Virus record (IMG/VR): IMGVR_UViG_3300045988_173726
Location: 128,001 to 192,000 of that record
Strand: one strand, 5' to 3'
DNA from: a virus
Length of the DNA stretch: 64,000 bases
In this document: one piece after another, positions 1-9,327 of the stretch
Layout: each line of letters starts with the position of its first letter
Position numbering within the stretch: position 1 is the stretch's first letter
Position numbers and translations under genes: made by a program
The notes under the pieces: generated by a model
What the model saw: only the letters and a program-made list of their open reading frames with translations
What the model was told of the DNA's origin: nothing
Databases searched by the model: none

Positions 1-300
1 ATTCATAAAAATAGCGCATACTTACCAAAATTTCAGTAGTTATATAGAGCTAGACCAGCATAGAAAATTTGCAATACTTAAGCAGTTTTTCAAACTTCAA
101 CTAAAATAATTTCCTTTGAGGACACGACTAGACGAGTGCTTAGGATTTTAATAACTCTCTAAAATAGAGGCAAGACCTATATGAAAAATTGGGCAAGACT
201 TAGGGCAAAAACGCCTATACCATCCGCTCAAAAAATTCGCCTCTAAAAGAGGGGGTTTCGGAGTAGGGCAAAGTGGGAGCGGTCTAGGGCGGGAGCTTGA
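1..300 (+). repeat. Non-coding element, copy A (possibly truncated by window edge); paralogous to 52195-52470
   Basis: No credible ORF. Patches shared colinearly with copy B at a near-constant offset of about 52157: AGCTAGACC (48-56 vs 52207-52215), AAATTTG (65-71 vs 52223-52229), cAAACT/tAAACT (91-96 vs 52249-52254), GCCTCT(T)AAAA(A)GAGGGGGTTTCGGAG (239-263 vs 52395-52421), then G-rich TAGGGCGGGAGC vs TAAGGGCGGCGAGC. TAGGGC occurs at 201, 264 and 285 (spacings 63 and 21 nt). Confidence 0.6.
69..96 (+). promoter_or_regulatory. Weak candidate promoter inside element copy A
   Basis: TTGCAA (69-74), 16-nt spacer, CAAACT (91-96). The equivalent position in copy B reads TTGTCG-16-TAAACT. Positional conservation is the main argument; match to consensus is poor. 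Confidence 0.25.
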
Positions 301-370
301 GACAGCTCCTTTATCGAATATGTGTTCGAGCAAGCAGAGGTTTATGTGGCGATAGAAAATCGCGAGAGGG

Positions 371-1552
371 ATGGAAATGTATCGAATCGACAGTAAGAGA
401 GATAAGCCAGACATCGGGTATTTGAGAGACGCGGTAGAGCGAGCGGTTGTAAAGCGGGGAGTTCGGCTTGACGGGAAAGTGTTTGAGCTTCGGAAGTCGC
501 TTAATTTCGATGTAAACGATAAGCTTCGTATCTTTCGGGGTGAGTATAAGCTAGAGAATCCAAATAGCCAGAGACAGCTTGAGAGCTGTTTAACGCGAGT
601 TTTGAGTAGTGAAGAGCTTTCGGTTTTGCGGGATAGGGATGGGAAGCTAACGACAAAGAAGGAGTGTTTGGAGCGTTTAGCGGATGAGGGGAATCGGCTT
701 GCCTTAGATTTAATAGAGTATCGGTATGTGAAGAAGCGGGTGGAGACGATAGACAGCTTACTGTTACAGTGTGATAAATACGGTTTATTGCACCCTAACA
801 TAACTTTAGGCGACACAAATCGTCTAAACTATGAGAAGCCTGCGCTTATGAACATCCAGAAAGACATTTTATGGGACATCATACGCCCGTATAAGGACGG
901 GGCGAGTTTAATCAGCATAGACATTAAGAATCAAGAGCCTATGATACTGATAAACTGGCTTGGGATAGAGTCGTTAAAGGAAGCCTATCGGAAGTATAAC
1001 TGTGACCTTTATAGTGGGATTTTCGATTTGGTTTACAGGAGAATGCCAAGTGAGGAAGAGAGAGCAGAGTGTAAGGTAGCTTGGAACGCTCTGACTTACG
1101 GGACTTCTAAGCGGGCGCTTAAGGAGATGTGCTGTTTAATAGATGCAGACGAGATATATTCGTATTTCAACAAGATACCTGAGCTTAAGTCATATAGGAG
1201 TAAGTGCTACGCTTACGCAAACAACAAGATTCGTGCGTGCAGGACATATTTCGGAACTCCACTTCGTGCGACAGCGAGACAGGTCGGGCAGTTAAGCAGA
1301 CAGCTAATGGATTATCCTGTGCAGGGTACGGGTTCTGACATATTAAGTTTATTGGTAAAGCATTTTGAGACAGAGGGTATAGCGGATGGGCTTAGTTTAT
1401 ATTATACTAGGCACGATGAGCTGATTTTAGAGGCAAGTAAAGAGTATATGTCCGGCTTAAGTTTAGCAGAGCTTGAGGGACGGATGCGGGAAATCTTTCA
1501 GCATCAAGTAGACGACTGGGAACCCTTCCAGATAGAGGTGAGTGTTTTATGA
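371..1552 (+). CDS. Family A (Pol I-type) DNA polymerase, stand-alone polymerase domain (no exonuclease domain in this ORF)
   Basis: 393 aa. Motif A ISIDIKNQEPMIL (D....E). Motif B RAECKVAWNALTYGTS (R...K...N...YG). YPVQGTGSDI. Motif C YTRHDELILEA. NPNSQRQLESCL and TNRLNYEKPALMNIQ resemble Pol I NSPKQL and TGRLSS..PNLQNIP. In-frame TAG at 353-355 blocks upstream extension. SD GAGAGGG at 364-370 is better spaced for ATG 377 than for ATG 371. Confidence 0.8.
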   Translation: MEMYRIDSKRDKPDIGYLRDAVERAVVKRGVRLDGKVFELRKSLNFDVNDKLRIFRGEYKLENPNSQRQLESCLTRVLSSEELSVLRDRDGKLTTKKECLERLADEGNRLALDLIEYRYVKKRVETIDSLLLQCDKYGLLHPNITLGDTNRLNYEKPALMNIQKDILWDIIRPYKDGASLISIDIKNQEPMILINWLGIESLKEAYRKYNCDLYSGIFDLVYRRMPSEEERAECKVAWNALTYGTSKRALKEMCCLIDADEIYSYFNKIPELKSYRSKCYAYANNKIRACRTYFGTPLRATARQVGQLSRQLMDYPVQGTGSDILSLLVKHFETEGIADGLSLYYTRHDELILEASKEYMSGLSLAELEGRMREIFQHQVDDWEPFQIEVSVL

Positions 1553-1629
1553 GTTACTATACCAAGCCTTGTACACGGGTAAGTTTTTCGCGCATATAAA
1601 AAGAATCTGCAAATTAGGAGGAAACAGAC

Positions 1630-2394
1630 ATGAAGAATAAGCAGGACACCATCCGTATTTCGGCGCTGTCACTGATGCTAACGCTTGCGGCGGCGGGCGC
1701 GACATTTACGATGGGAGAGTTTGACGCATATGCGTCCACGGTAATCAAGATGAACAGGTCGTCTTTAGCGGCGGCGCAGACTCCTGCGGTGGCACAGCCG
1801 TCCAGTAACGCGCATTGGGAGAGCGCGGACGGATACAACTGGAAGTATCGGAGAGCAGATGGTAGCTATGCTACAGGTTGGGTTAGGGACGAGGCAACGA
1901 ACGACTGGTATTATATGGACGCGCAGGGAAACATGAAAACGGGTCTGATAAGTGACGGAGGTTATAGCTATCTCCTGTCGAATCAGCACGACGGTCGTTA
2001 CGGTCACATGATTAGAAACGGTGAGTCGTTTAACGGTCACACGATTAAGGCGTGGACGGCGGGTTCTGGAAATCCCGAGGGCGCTTTAATGGGAGACGCA
2101 GAGAACGACAGGGCAATAAGGGACAGCGGTAACTATTATGTGTATAACACGGCATCGGGTACTTTGACTTATGTAGACAGCCTCGGAGGTAGCACTTCGT
2201 ATAACACAGGAGCGCAGGATACCCCGAAGCGGATTGAGGACATACCGCCCGCAGACGTTGACCCCGCGCAGGACGGGCAGTACACATTGAATCCCAACGT
2301 GGCTAGTAACAGTGAGTTTAACTGGGATACTGTAGATAGGTCGCATCCAACGATAGGTGGCAACCCATTAAATGTAAAAAGTGGCATACATTAA
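1630..2394 (+). CDS. Secreted protein with cell-wall (choline)-binding-type repeats
   Basis: 254 aa. SD AGGAGG. Signal peptide MKNKQDTIRISALSLMLTLAAAGATF...AYA. Aromatic/Gly repeats GYNWKYRRADGSYATGWVRDEATNDWYYMDAQGNMKTGLI. Confidence 0.7.
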   Translation: MKNKQDTIRISALSLMLTLAAAGATFTMGEFDAYASTVIKMNRSSLAAAQTPAVAQPSSNAHWESADGYNWKYRRADGSYATGWVRDEATNDWYYMDAQGNMKTGLISDGGYSYLLSNQHDGRYGHMIRNGESFNGHTIKAWTAGSGNPEGALMGDAENDRAIRDSGNYYVYNTASGTLTYVDSLGGSTSYNTGAQDTPKRIEDIPPADVDPAQDGQYTLNPNVASNSEFNWDTVDRSHPTIGGNPLNVKSGIH

Positions 2395-2412
2395 ATAAAT
2401 CGGGGCGGTTTT

Positions 2413-2985
2413 ATGAGTAAGAGAAAAATCATAATTACAGTAAGTATAGCTGTTGTGGTTGTTGCGGCAGTAATTCTAGCTATGTCATTAAGAAAACATA
2501 GTAAGAATGAAGCAGATACAGAATCAACATCTGTTAGCACGAGTTCAGCCGCTAGCTCTGCTTTGAGTGAGGAGGAGTCTGGTGACAGCTTTAATACAGA
2601 CGACTTAGATACAGGGATTGCAAAAGAAGGTAGGTCAACTGGTGGTCTTGCACACGGCGTTGACGAGACAGAAGCAAGCACAGAAGCTTCCGAGCCAGAG
2701 ACTTATGCAGAGACAGATGCAGAAGGTAAGAATCTGACAGAGCCAGCACAGACTATTCCAACAGTCGAGCGGGGTTTATCCGCAAGTGAGTACGGTCAGA
2801 TAGCAGAGAGCGTACAACAGCAGAATAACGAGGCGATAACGGATACAAGTTCAGACGGTTCGGTAGGCAAGGATGTAAATGACGCTATCAGCGCGATACA
2901 GGATGCAGAGCTTGAGGCGGCGAAGCGTGCGGTTGCTTCTCCCGAGTTTCAAGCCTACTTTGAATCAGTCCACGCAAATGATTGA
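2413..2985 (+). CDS. N-terminally membrane-anchored acidic Ser/Thr/Glu-rich protein, function unknown
   Basis: 190 aa. One TM helix (IIITVSIAVVVVAAVILAMSL), then an acidic low-complexity region. No recognisable domain. Confidence 0.6.
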   Translation: MSKRKIIITVSIAVVVVAAVILAMSLRKHSKNEADTESTSVSTSSAASSALSEEESGDSFNTDDLDTGIAKEGRSTGGLAHGVDETEASTEASEPETYAETDAEGKNLTEPAQTIPTVERGLSASEYGQIAESVQQQNNEAITDTSSDGSVGKDVNDAISAIQDAELEAAKRAVASPEFQAYFESVHAND

Positions 2986-2993
2986 GGTGACTA

Positions 2994-5900
2994 ATGTTTA
3001 ATAGGGTGAGGACAGCATTAAGACAGGGTTTATCCTTAGCCTTAGCCGTTGCGGTGACTGTAGCAGTTCCAGTCACCGCGTTTGCGGCAGGGGGTTTAGG
3101 AGTAAACGCTGGTTCGGAGGGTGGAGTTGCTTCTGGTAATGACCCAAACTACGCGGCAAAGTTCCATGCCTATCCGCAAAACCAAGGCATTCGTTTATCT
3201 ATCGTTGATAAAGACGGTGATAGGATTGCAAACTCCGTTGACATTGTAAACTACGCGCCAAAGAGTTTAATCACTGGTTTAAGTTTCGGAGACTCCGAGG
3301 TAAGGTCAAATCAGTTTTCTGGTAGCGAGGCAGAGATTGGAAAGTATACCGCTCGGTTCATGAACTGGATAGGTTGGAAGAAGCAAGGCAACAAGAGAGA
3401 TGACTTTGAGTATTCAAACGGTATTAAGACAGAGAAGTACACTGGTATTTCGTGGTCGCAGGGTGTAAACACGGGTGTCCCTCCACATCAAGGTAAGCAC
3501 GGTAAGATTAACACTATAATGGTTCCAAGGTCATCCTTTAACTATCTTCTTTGGTATAGCATAGACTATTATGCTCGTGAGAATGGTAAGGAGGTAGAGC
3601 AGTCCGTTCTGAACAACTTAACCAGAAGAATGACACTGCCATCTTATCTTGACGACTCGGGTCAGTTCTTAGCTGGTGGTGTGAATTTGAAGAACGCTTT
3701 TGCCACAATGGTTAAGTATACGGATGGGTCGGAGAGCGACACAAATATTGCGACTTATATAGTTAATATGAGTATACCGTTGTACGATAACAAAGGTGAC
3801 ATGGCAATGGGTGGTCGTGGTTTATTTGAGTTTCTTCCAAATGTAGCAGGAAGAGAGAAACTCGGAACTACAAAGCCAGACGGCTCTAAATACACTATAT
3901 CGGACGCTATGGTAGAGTACAAGTACAGCTTAATCGCCGAGCCTCTATACTGGTACGTTCCAGAGGTCATTACTACAAACGCAGAGCGTATAGCGAGGAC
4001 AGGTACTGTCCACGAGAACTATCTTAGGTCGGTTAGATACGGAACTGCTTCGTATATTGCTAAAGAAACCTATGAGCAATTAAAGGCTGTAGGTTACAGT
4101 GACAATCTAATCCACGATTGCTCCGTTGGACCGGACTGGGGAACGGGTTCACTTGGCATCACGACCATGATGGTCGATAAGGACGATACGGATTTAGGAG
4201 TTTACCTGTGTCAAGGAGCGCATACGATAGACTATACGCCGAATTCAAACCTGTGGAGCTTGTATTCGCTCGGTGCGAACAACAACGCGAAGGAGAACGG
4301 CTATTCGGTGTTTATTTTTAAGGGCGAGTTCTTTAAGCCGAAAACTCCCGCAACGCACACGTTTGATAGCCATAATTACGGAAGTAGCGGAACGTATAGG
4401 AGAGCGCCAGCGCCAGACCCGAACAGTGACCCATTAAGCGACCCGAGTCAAGACCCGAATCCGAATAAGAAGATAGTAAAGATATACGCTCGGAAAGCAG
4501 GTGCGAACTCGTTTATTTACGAGGATACGCAGATACGAGTAAATACGGTGTCCCCGATTAAGATAGAGGACGAGGGCGAGTATACGGTCGATAACTGGTT
4601 CACATCGAATGTGGATAAGTTCCCGTCAAACGGAAACGGTTCAGCGGGAGTAAACGATTACGGTGCGATAAAGGGTTCGATTCCGAATAAGCAGACTGGC
4701 ACGGGTACTACAACAACGAGCCTAGAAGATAACGATGTGCTGTATGTTCGCTTAGTGTATGACCCTGTGTGGGTAGTCAAAGTTTACGAGGACGCAGACG
4801 GTAATCAGTTAAAGCCGACAACGATAGAGAAGATAAAGAGAGTGCCGAACTATAACGGTGGTGAGGGTGGTTACATCATTGACAAGACCCGCACGACCGA
4901 GGGCGAGCCGTTTAACGGTTTGGATGGTGGAACGCCTTGGAGTAGTGTCGTAACGAATACGAGCGGAAATGACGGAAACAGCGAGGTAATTCCAGTACCC
5001 GAGAGTCATCACACGATTTATATTCACTATACGGTGAGTAAGGTCGAGGAGACAGCGCCGTTAAAGCTCATGCAGAGTGAGATAGCGCATACGTTTAAGC
5101 TGTCAGACCTTGCGGTAGCTAGAGAGATTAAGCACACTTGGAATATCCCAGACGAGCATGGAATGATGCCAGAGCGGTCGCATTACGATGATGACGGTGA
5201 CGAGCATATAGACCACTACGAGTGCCACTGGTATAGCACGATAGTAGACGCGGATTGGGCGTTTAATATCCGAAATAACTTCAACTACGGTGCAACTTCG
5301 TTTGTCGGAACGGACGGCGAGTTTAAGACGATAGAGACAGGACGGGTATCAGACGAGGGAAGTTCGAGAGCGCTTGGATTTGTAGCGAGTAACGGATTAG
5401 CACCGAATATGCAGTTTACGGTGTATCGAGATAAGGCGAAGGACAGGCTTACGGCGTATCCGAACGGTTTAATCAGCGGTTCTTCCAATCATCAGAATAA
5501 CGAGGGTCTAATCAGTAAGATAGGTGTAGACAATGTGAACGCAGTTTATGGCGGCGGCAGATTAATACCCGAGAGTTCCGCGCAGTATGCGTTTAATGAC
5601 TCGTTTAAGACGCTGTATCAGTATGCAGGAAAGCTAGACCCGATAAGAAAGCGAAGGGTGCAGAACGATAGAGGACACTACCACGGACCAATAGGTTTAA
5701 CTAGCTATACGGCATCGGAAGTTCCGAATCTCGCATATCTAAACGCGCTGTATAGTAGGGATAACAATGTAATCGCGTATGGATTTGTCGGAAACGCGGG
5801 TAAGGGTGCGGAGAAGTCAAGTGCTAACGCGGGGGCGTTTGGGATTTTCGGACAGAACTACAACTTGCACAACAGCTACGCGGCAGACGGCAAGCAGTTT

Positions 5901-7178
5901 ATCGAGTTTTTCCCGTATCACAAGATGTATTTCCAGAAGTCGGACACATACGACCATAGTAGCGCAGGAAACGAGAGTGCGTTTATCACATCGAGTAACA
6001 CGAGTTCGGTGCTGGATAACTTCTCTGTAGAGACAGGCGTTTATAACTCAAAGGGAAGCGATAACGCATATGGAATCAGCCTAGCTTCGGAGCAGTGGAG
6101 TATACACGAGCGTGCGAAGAAGGTGTTAGAGGCGAACGGAATTAGACCCGCGACCGAAAACTTGTTACCGGGCGGTGCTACGATAGAGTTACGGTCTAAC
6201 TCAACAGATAAGGCAAACACGCCAGAGGTTTGGGTAGGCTTTAGGACGCTTCAAGTGAGTATACCTGACGAGTTAAAGGGAACTCTAGTCGGAACGGACA
6301 AAGATAGCGTAAAGACGACCTCGATAGCTAAGGCAGACGGTGCGAAGTTCTATAACGACATGGTAGCGACTTTAGAGAAGTATCAAGTCGAGAAGTGGGT
6401 AGACGATGGAATCCGCACAGCAGAGCCAGAGACAAAGGTATCGGGTATCAATCCCGTGCAGTCGTTTGGCGGTAACAACTTGCAGAACGGAGCGGACAGT
6501 AAGTATTACTTAAAGGTCGGCAAGACGGACGGTAACGGAGCGCAGATGTCGGTTGTAGATAAGCAGGCGGCGACAGCGGGAACGAATACGGGAGTCTTTG
6601 AACAGCATGTTTATCGGGTTTATGGCGATTTAACGGGCGATGTGTTGCATAATGGCTTAAGAGTTGTCGTAACGAAGGATGGGCAGGAGATAGCGAGTAC
6701 GAATATCACGAGCAGTGCAGACACAGGAGATGGTTTGCTCGGAAACAGTGAGGTTCGTAATGTAAACGAGCGGACAAAGTTTGTCACGAACTTTGTGAAG
6801 TCTTTGGATAAGGCAAGGGGCAGTGATAGAAACGGAGTTCGTTGGTATTACGAGGCGCAGGACGGAATCGAGGTTGTGGAGACACTAGGCAGGGCGCAAC
6901 TTGGATTTACGGACGGAAACGGTAAGCCGAATAACCGTTCAGAGGTAGCGGATACGAAGTTGTCTGGAAAGCTTGAGAGCCACGGAGACATAATATCTGG
7001 TGACAAGGATAAGACAAGGACAGTGCAGTATCGTATGAGTGCCGCGCCGATGGGAAGTGACAAAGCGTATTATATCGGCTCGTTTAACGGTATAGACATA
7101 ACGGTGAGCGGGTTGAACGAAGCGTTTAAGAGTCGGCTTTACTACATGAGTAACAATACGGTCATGGATTTGAACTAA
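2994..7178 (+). CDS. Giant secreted protein (candidate surface/contact protein), function unknown
   Basis: 1394 aa. SD GAGGTG. Signal peptide (LSLALAVAVTVAVPVTAFAAGG). No further TM and no LPXTG. Last gene before terminator 7192-7226. Confidence 0.7.
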   Translation: MFNRVRTALRQGLSLALAVAVTVAVPVTAFAAGGLGVNAGSEGGVASGNDPNYAAKFHAYPQNQGIRLSIVDKDGDRIANSVDIVNYAPKSLITGLSFGDSEVRSNQFSGSEAEIGKYTARFMNWIGWKKQGNKRDDFEYSNGIKTEKYTGISWSQGVNTGVPPHQGKHGKINTIMVPRSSFNYLLWYSIDYYARENGKEVEQSVLNNLTRRMTLPSYLDDSGQFLAGGVNLKNAFATMVKYTDGSESDTNIATYIVNMSIPLYDNKGDMAMGGRGLFEFLPNVAGREKLGTTKPDGSKYTISDAMVEYKYSLIAEPLYWYVPEVITTNAERIARTGTVHENYLRSVRYGTASYIAKETYEQLKAVGYSDNLIHDCSVGPDWGTGSLGITTMMVDKDDTDLGVYLCQGAHTIDYTPNSNLWSLYSLGANNNAKENGYSVFIFKGEFFKPKTPATHTFDSHNYGSSGTYRRAPAPDPNSDPLSDPSQDPNPNKKIVKIYARKAGANSFIYEDTQIRVNTVSPIKIEDEGEYTVDNWFTSNVDKFPSNGNGSAGVNDYGAIKGSIPNKQTGTGTTTTSLEDNDVLYVRLVYDPVWVVKVYEDADGNQLKPTTIEKIKRVPNYNGGEGGYIIDKTRTTEGEPFNGLDGGTPWSSVVTNTSGNDGNSEVIPVPESHHTIYIHYTVSKVEETAPLKLMQSEIAHTFKLSDLAVAREIKHTWNIPDEHGMMPERSHYDDDGDEHIDHYECHWYSTIVDADWAFNIRNNFNYGATSFVGTDGEFKTIETGRVSDEGSSRALGFVASNGLAPNMQFTVYRDKAKDRLTAYPNGLISGSSNHQNNEGLISKIGVDNVNAVYGGGRLIPESSAQYAFNDSFKTLYQYAGKLDPIRKRRVQNDRGHYHGPIGLTSYTASEVPNLAYLNALYSRDNNVIAYGFVGNAGKGAEKSSANAGAFGIFGQNYNLHNSYAADGKQFIEFFPYHKMYFQKSDTYDHSSAGNESAFITSSNTSSVLDNFSVETGVYNSKGSDNAYGISLASEQWSIHERAKKVLEANGIRPATENLLPGGATIELRSNSTDKANTPEVWVGFRTLQVSIPDELKGTLVGTDKDSVKTTSIAKADGAKFYNDMVATLEKYQVEKWVDDGIRTAEPETKVSGINPVQSFGGNNLQNGADSKYYLKVGKTDGNGAQMSVVDKQAATAGTNTGVFEQHVYRVYGDLTGDVLHNGLRVVVTKDGQEIASTNITSSADTGDGLLGNSEVRNVNERTKFVTNFVKSLDKARGSDRNGVRWYYEAQDGIEVVETLGRAQLGFTDGNGKPNNRSEVADTKLSGKLESHGDIISGDKDKTRTVQYRMSAAPMGSDKAYYIGSFNGIDITVSGLNEAFKSRLYYMSNNTVMDLN

Positions 7179-7191
7179 GGTGTATCTGGAG

Positions 7192-7226
7192 GGGGTGAGG
7201 TTAAAAGGCTTCGCCCCTTTCGTTTT
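7192..7226 (+). terminator. Rho-independent terminator candidate
   Basis: GGGGTGAGG (7192-7200) pairs with CTTCGCCCC (7209-7217), 9 bp including 2 G-U pairs. 8-nt loop, then TTTCGTTTT. Confidence 0.55.
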
Positions 7227-7253
7227 AGGAGATTTAAGAGAAGAGGAGTAGAA

Positions 7254-8339
7254 ATGGGAAATAGAGCAATACGAGTTGTACTTGCCTCTGTACTTATGGC
7301 AGTATCGTGCAGTATGTTAGCATATGCAGAGCCGGTTAGTGAGGAGTATGATATAACAGCGGCGAGTCCGATAGAGGTAATCGTTATGTCGGACGATGCG
7401 GGAGCAGGGTTTAAGCTGACTGCACCGAGCGGCGCGGTGTATGACGGAAGCAACCTAGTAGGTCTTGACTTAAAGAGTAATACGGCGTTAGCGCGGAAGT
7501 ATACGCTAGACGGCAAGGAAGTGGGGACATGGAAGTTAGAGTTTGACAACGCGAATAACACGAACGTAGCGTTTATCGCGTCCTCGGATATTAAGGAGTA
7601 TAATATCGCTAAAGACGCGGCGGTATCGGACGATGAGGGGTCAAACTATCTGTATGCAGACATTTATGCGTCACAGGACGGGGATTTAATCATAAATGCG
7701 CACAGGTTAAGAAAGGGAATCGAGGATACGGGCGAGTTTCCGTATCAGTATAGTGTCGTAAGTAATGGGAAAGAGTTAAAGAGCGGCAGGGGCAAAGGAA
7801 ATTCGGATATAACGGTCGGAATGCGTGACTTAGAGGGTGTAGGCACGGGCGACTTAACAATCACGGTCAAGATACTGGATGACAGCGGAGAGGTTTATAC
7901 GCAGGAATCGTCTTATTATTATGTAGCGAAGGCAGATGCATCGACAGCGGCGTATAAGGAAGTGTCGTTACAGGGGGATACCGCAGGGAGCGGTGAGAGT
8001 AGAGTCACAGAGGGCAGCATGAGTGACGATGGCAATACGATAACGGCTACGGATGCGGATGGAAATGTAATCGAGTATAAGAAGCTTGACGGCAAGATGA
8101 CAGGTAACGGCTCGGATAAGGAAGCGCAGTATAGCGAGCGTAACAGCGAGAAAGAGGCAAAGAGAGCAAAGACGATGCGAGTGGTAAAGGTAGTATCGGC
8201 GGTAGTGCTTTTGATTTGTCTTGTAATCGTTCTCGGGACATACAGAGCGCATTTAATGACAGAGAAAGAGAGAATGCGCGAGATGCTAGAGAGGGAGAAA
8301 GCAAGTAAGTATAGCGATAAGGGCAAAGACGGAAAGTAA
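7254..8339 (+). CDS. Exported protein with C-terminal membrane anchor, function unknown
   Basis: 361 aa. SD GAGGAG. Signal peptide (VVLASVLMAVSCSMLAYAEP). C-terminal TM (VVKVVSAVVLLICLVIVLGTY) plus K/E-rich tail. Confidence 0.7.
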   Translation: MGNRAIRVVLASVLMAVSCSMLAYAEPVSEEYDITAASPIEVIVMSDDAGAGFKLTAPSGAVYDGSNLVGLDLKSNTALARKYTLDGKEVGTWKLEFDNANNTNVAFIASSDIKEYNIAKDAAVSDDEGSNYLYADIYASQDGDLIINAHRLRKGIEDTGEFPYQYSVVSNGKELKSGRGKGNSDITVGMRDLEGVGTGDLTITVKILDDSGEVYTQESSYYYVAKADASTAAYKEVSLQGDTAGSGESRVTEGSMSDDGNTITATDADGNVIEYKKLDGKMTGNGSDKEAQYSERNSEKEAKRAKTMRVVKVVSAVVLLICLVIVLGTYRAHLMTEKERMREMLEREKASKYSDKGKDGK

Positions 8340-8387
8340 TGAGCAGATAGCTAGGGGAGTCTGCTCGGAGTAAGCAGGAGGTTTCAA

Positions 8388-8816
8388 ATGAACCTAGAGG
8401 ATAGAGCCTATAGTTTACTTGACGGAATCGAGAGTAAGCTAACGGAAGAGGTTTACGGATATTATTGCGATAAGGTAGAGGAATGTGACGGAGATAGTGA
8501 GAGTTTAACGGCAGTCATAGAAGAGTTAAAGGGAGTGTGCGCTAAGGCGCATAGCACAAGTAAGAAGCTTTCGATGAGTGACCTAGAGGGGGCAGAGGTG
8601 GAAGACGACTTAAGCCTAGACTTTGGGGACAGCGAAGAGAGTGCAGATGAAGAGAGCATAATTCCAGAGCCACCGAAGAGAGAGGAGAGTGTTGCGACTA
8701 CGGGAAAGCGTCTCTTTAAGAGTGACCCTGTAGACAGTGTTTATGCGATGCTGGACGGCTGGATAAGCAGGCTTATGGAGAGTAAGAACACGGGAGCTGA
8801 CAAAACGCATGGATAA
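8388..8816 (+). CDS. Small acidic protein, function unknown
   Basis: 142 aa. SD AGGAGG. N- and C-terminal segments repeat a motif (RAYSLLDGIESKL / SVYAMLDGWISRL). Acidic centre contains DDLSLDFGDSEES. Confidence 0.55.
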   Translation: MNLEDRAYSLLDGIESKLTEEVYGYYCDKVEECDGDSESLTAVIEELKGVCAKAHSTSKKLSMSDLEGAEVEDDLSLDFGDSEESADEESIIPEPPKREESVATTGKRLFKSDPVDSVYAMLDGWISRLMESKNTGADKTHG

Positions 8817-9327
8817 AGCTCTATATAGCGATTTGGTAACGCCGAGGCTCATATTAAGGCGGTATCGAAGCGACTATGCTCGTTATGTAGAAGAGTTTAT
8901 GCGATATGGCGATGACTTGCGCAATATGGGCGGTGGAAGTGTTAAGGGGAGTGAAATCGAGTCTGTAGCGCGTGCATATGTCAGAGATAATCAAGAGACT
9001 TTTGATAAGCGGAGTAAGGATGGAGTTAGGCTTGCAATCGTGTGTGCGGTAACGTGGGAGTTTGTAGGGAATGTATCGGTGTATCGGAGAGGTGAGTATT
9101 TAGAGCTTGGTTTCTGGGTAATGCCGTCCTATAGGCGGCGGCATTACGGGGAAGAGGTGATAAAGTTTCTCTCCGATATGCTCATCGAGAGAGGGTATCG
9201 CCTAGAGATACGGGCTTCTGGTTTATCGGTAGCATCGGGTCGTATCGCAGAGAGTGCAGGGTATCAGCGTGTAGGCGTTGGGCATGAGAGAGATTTAAGT
9301 TTTGTCTTGTACAGGAGGGACGCATGA
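8809..9327 (+). CDS. GNAT-family N-acetyltransferase (RimJ/RimL-like)
   Basis: 172 aa. Overlaps the upstream stop by 8 nt. GNAT core readable: FVGNVSVYRRGEYLELGFWVMPSYRRRHYGEEVIKFLSDMLIERGYRLEIRASGLSVASGRIAESAGYQRVG. Confidence 0.65.
   Translation: MDKALYSDLVTPRLILRRYRSDYARYVEEFMRYGDDLRNMGGGSVKGSEIESVARAYVRDNQETFDKRSKDGVRLAIVCAVTWEFVGNVSVYRRGEYLELGFWVMPSYRRRHYGEEVIKFLSDMLIERGYRLEIRASGLSVASGRIAESAGYQRVGVGHERDLSFVLYRRDA

Noticed and set aside
1-370. Group I/II intron or intein remnant splitting the polymerase gene
   Set aside because: An SD and ATG directly precede the pol domain, and an in-frame stop lies 15 nt upstream. The same element recurs at 52195-52470 between two unrelated genes, which an intron explanation does not account for. 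This cannot be fully excluded without upstream sequence.
148-816. 222-aa ORF on the minus strand spanning the non-coding element and the start of the polymerase gene
   Set aside because: Antisense to a motif-supported PolA ORF. Ser/Leu/Arg/Pro-rich low-complexity translation. No SD. Crosses a region conserved as non-coding in the second copy.
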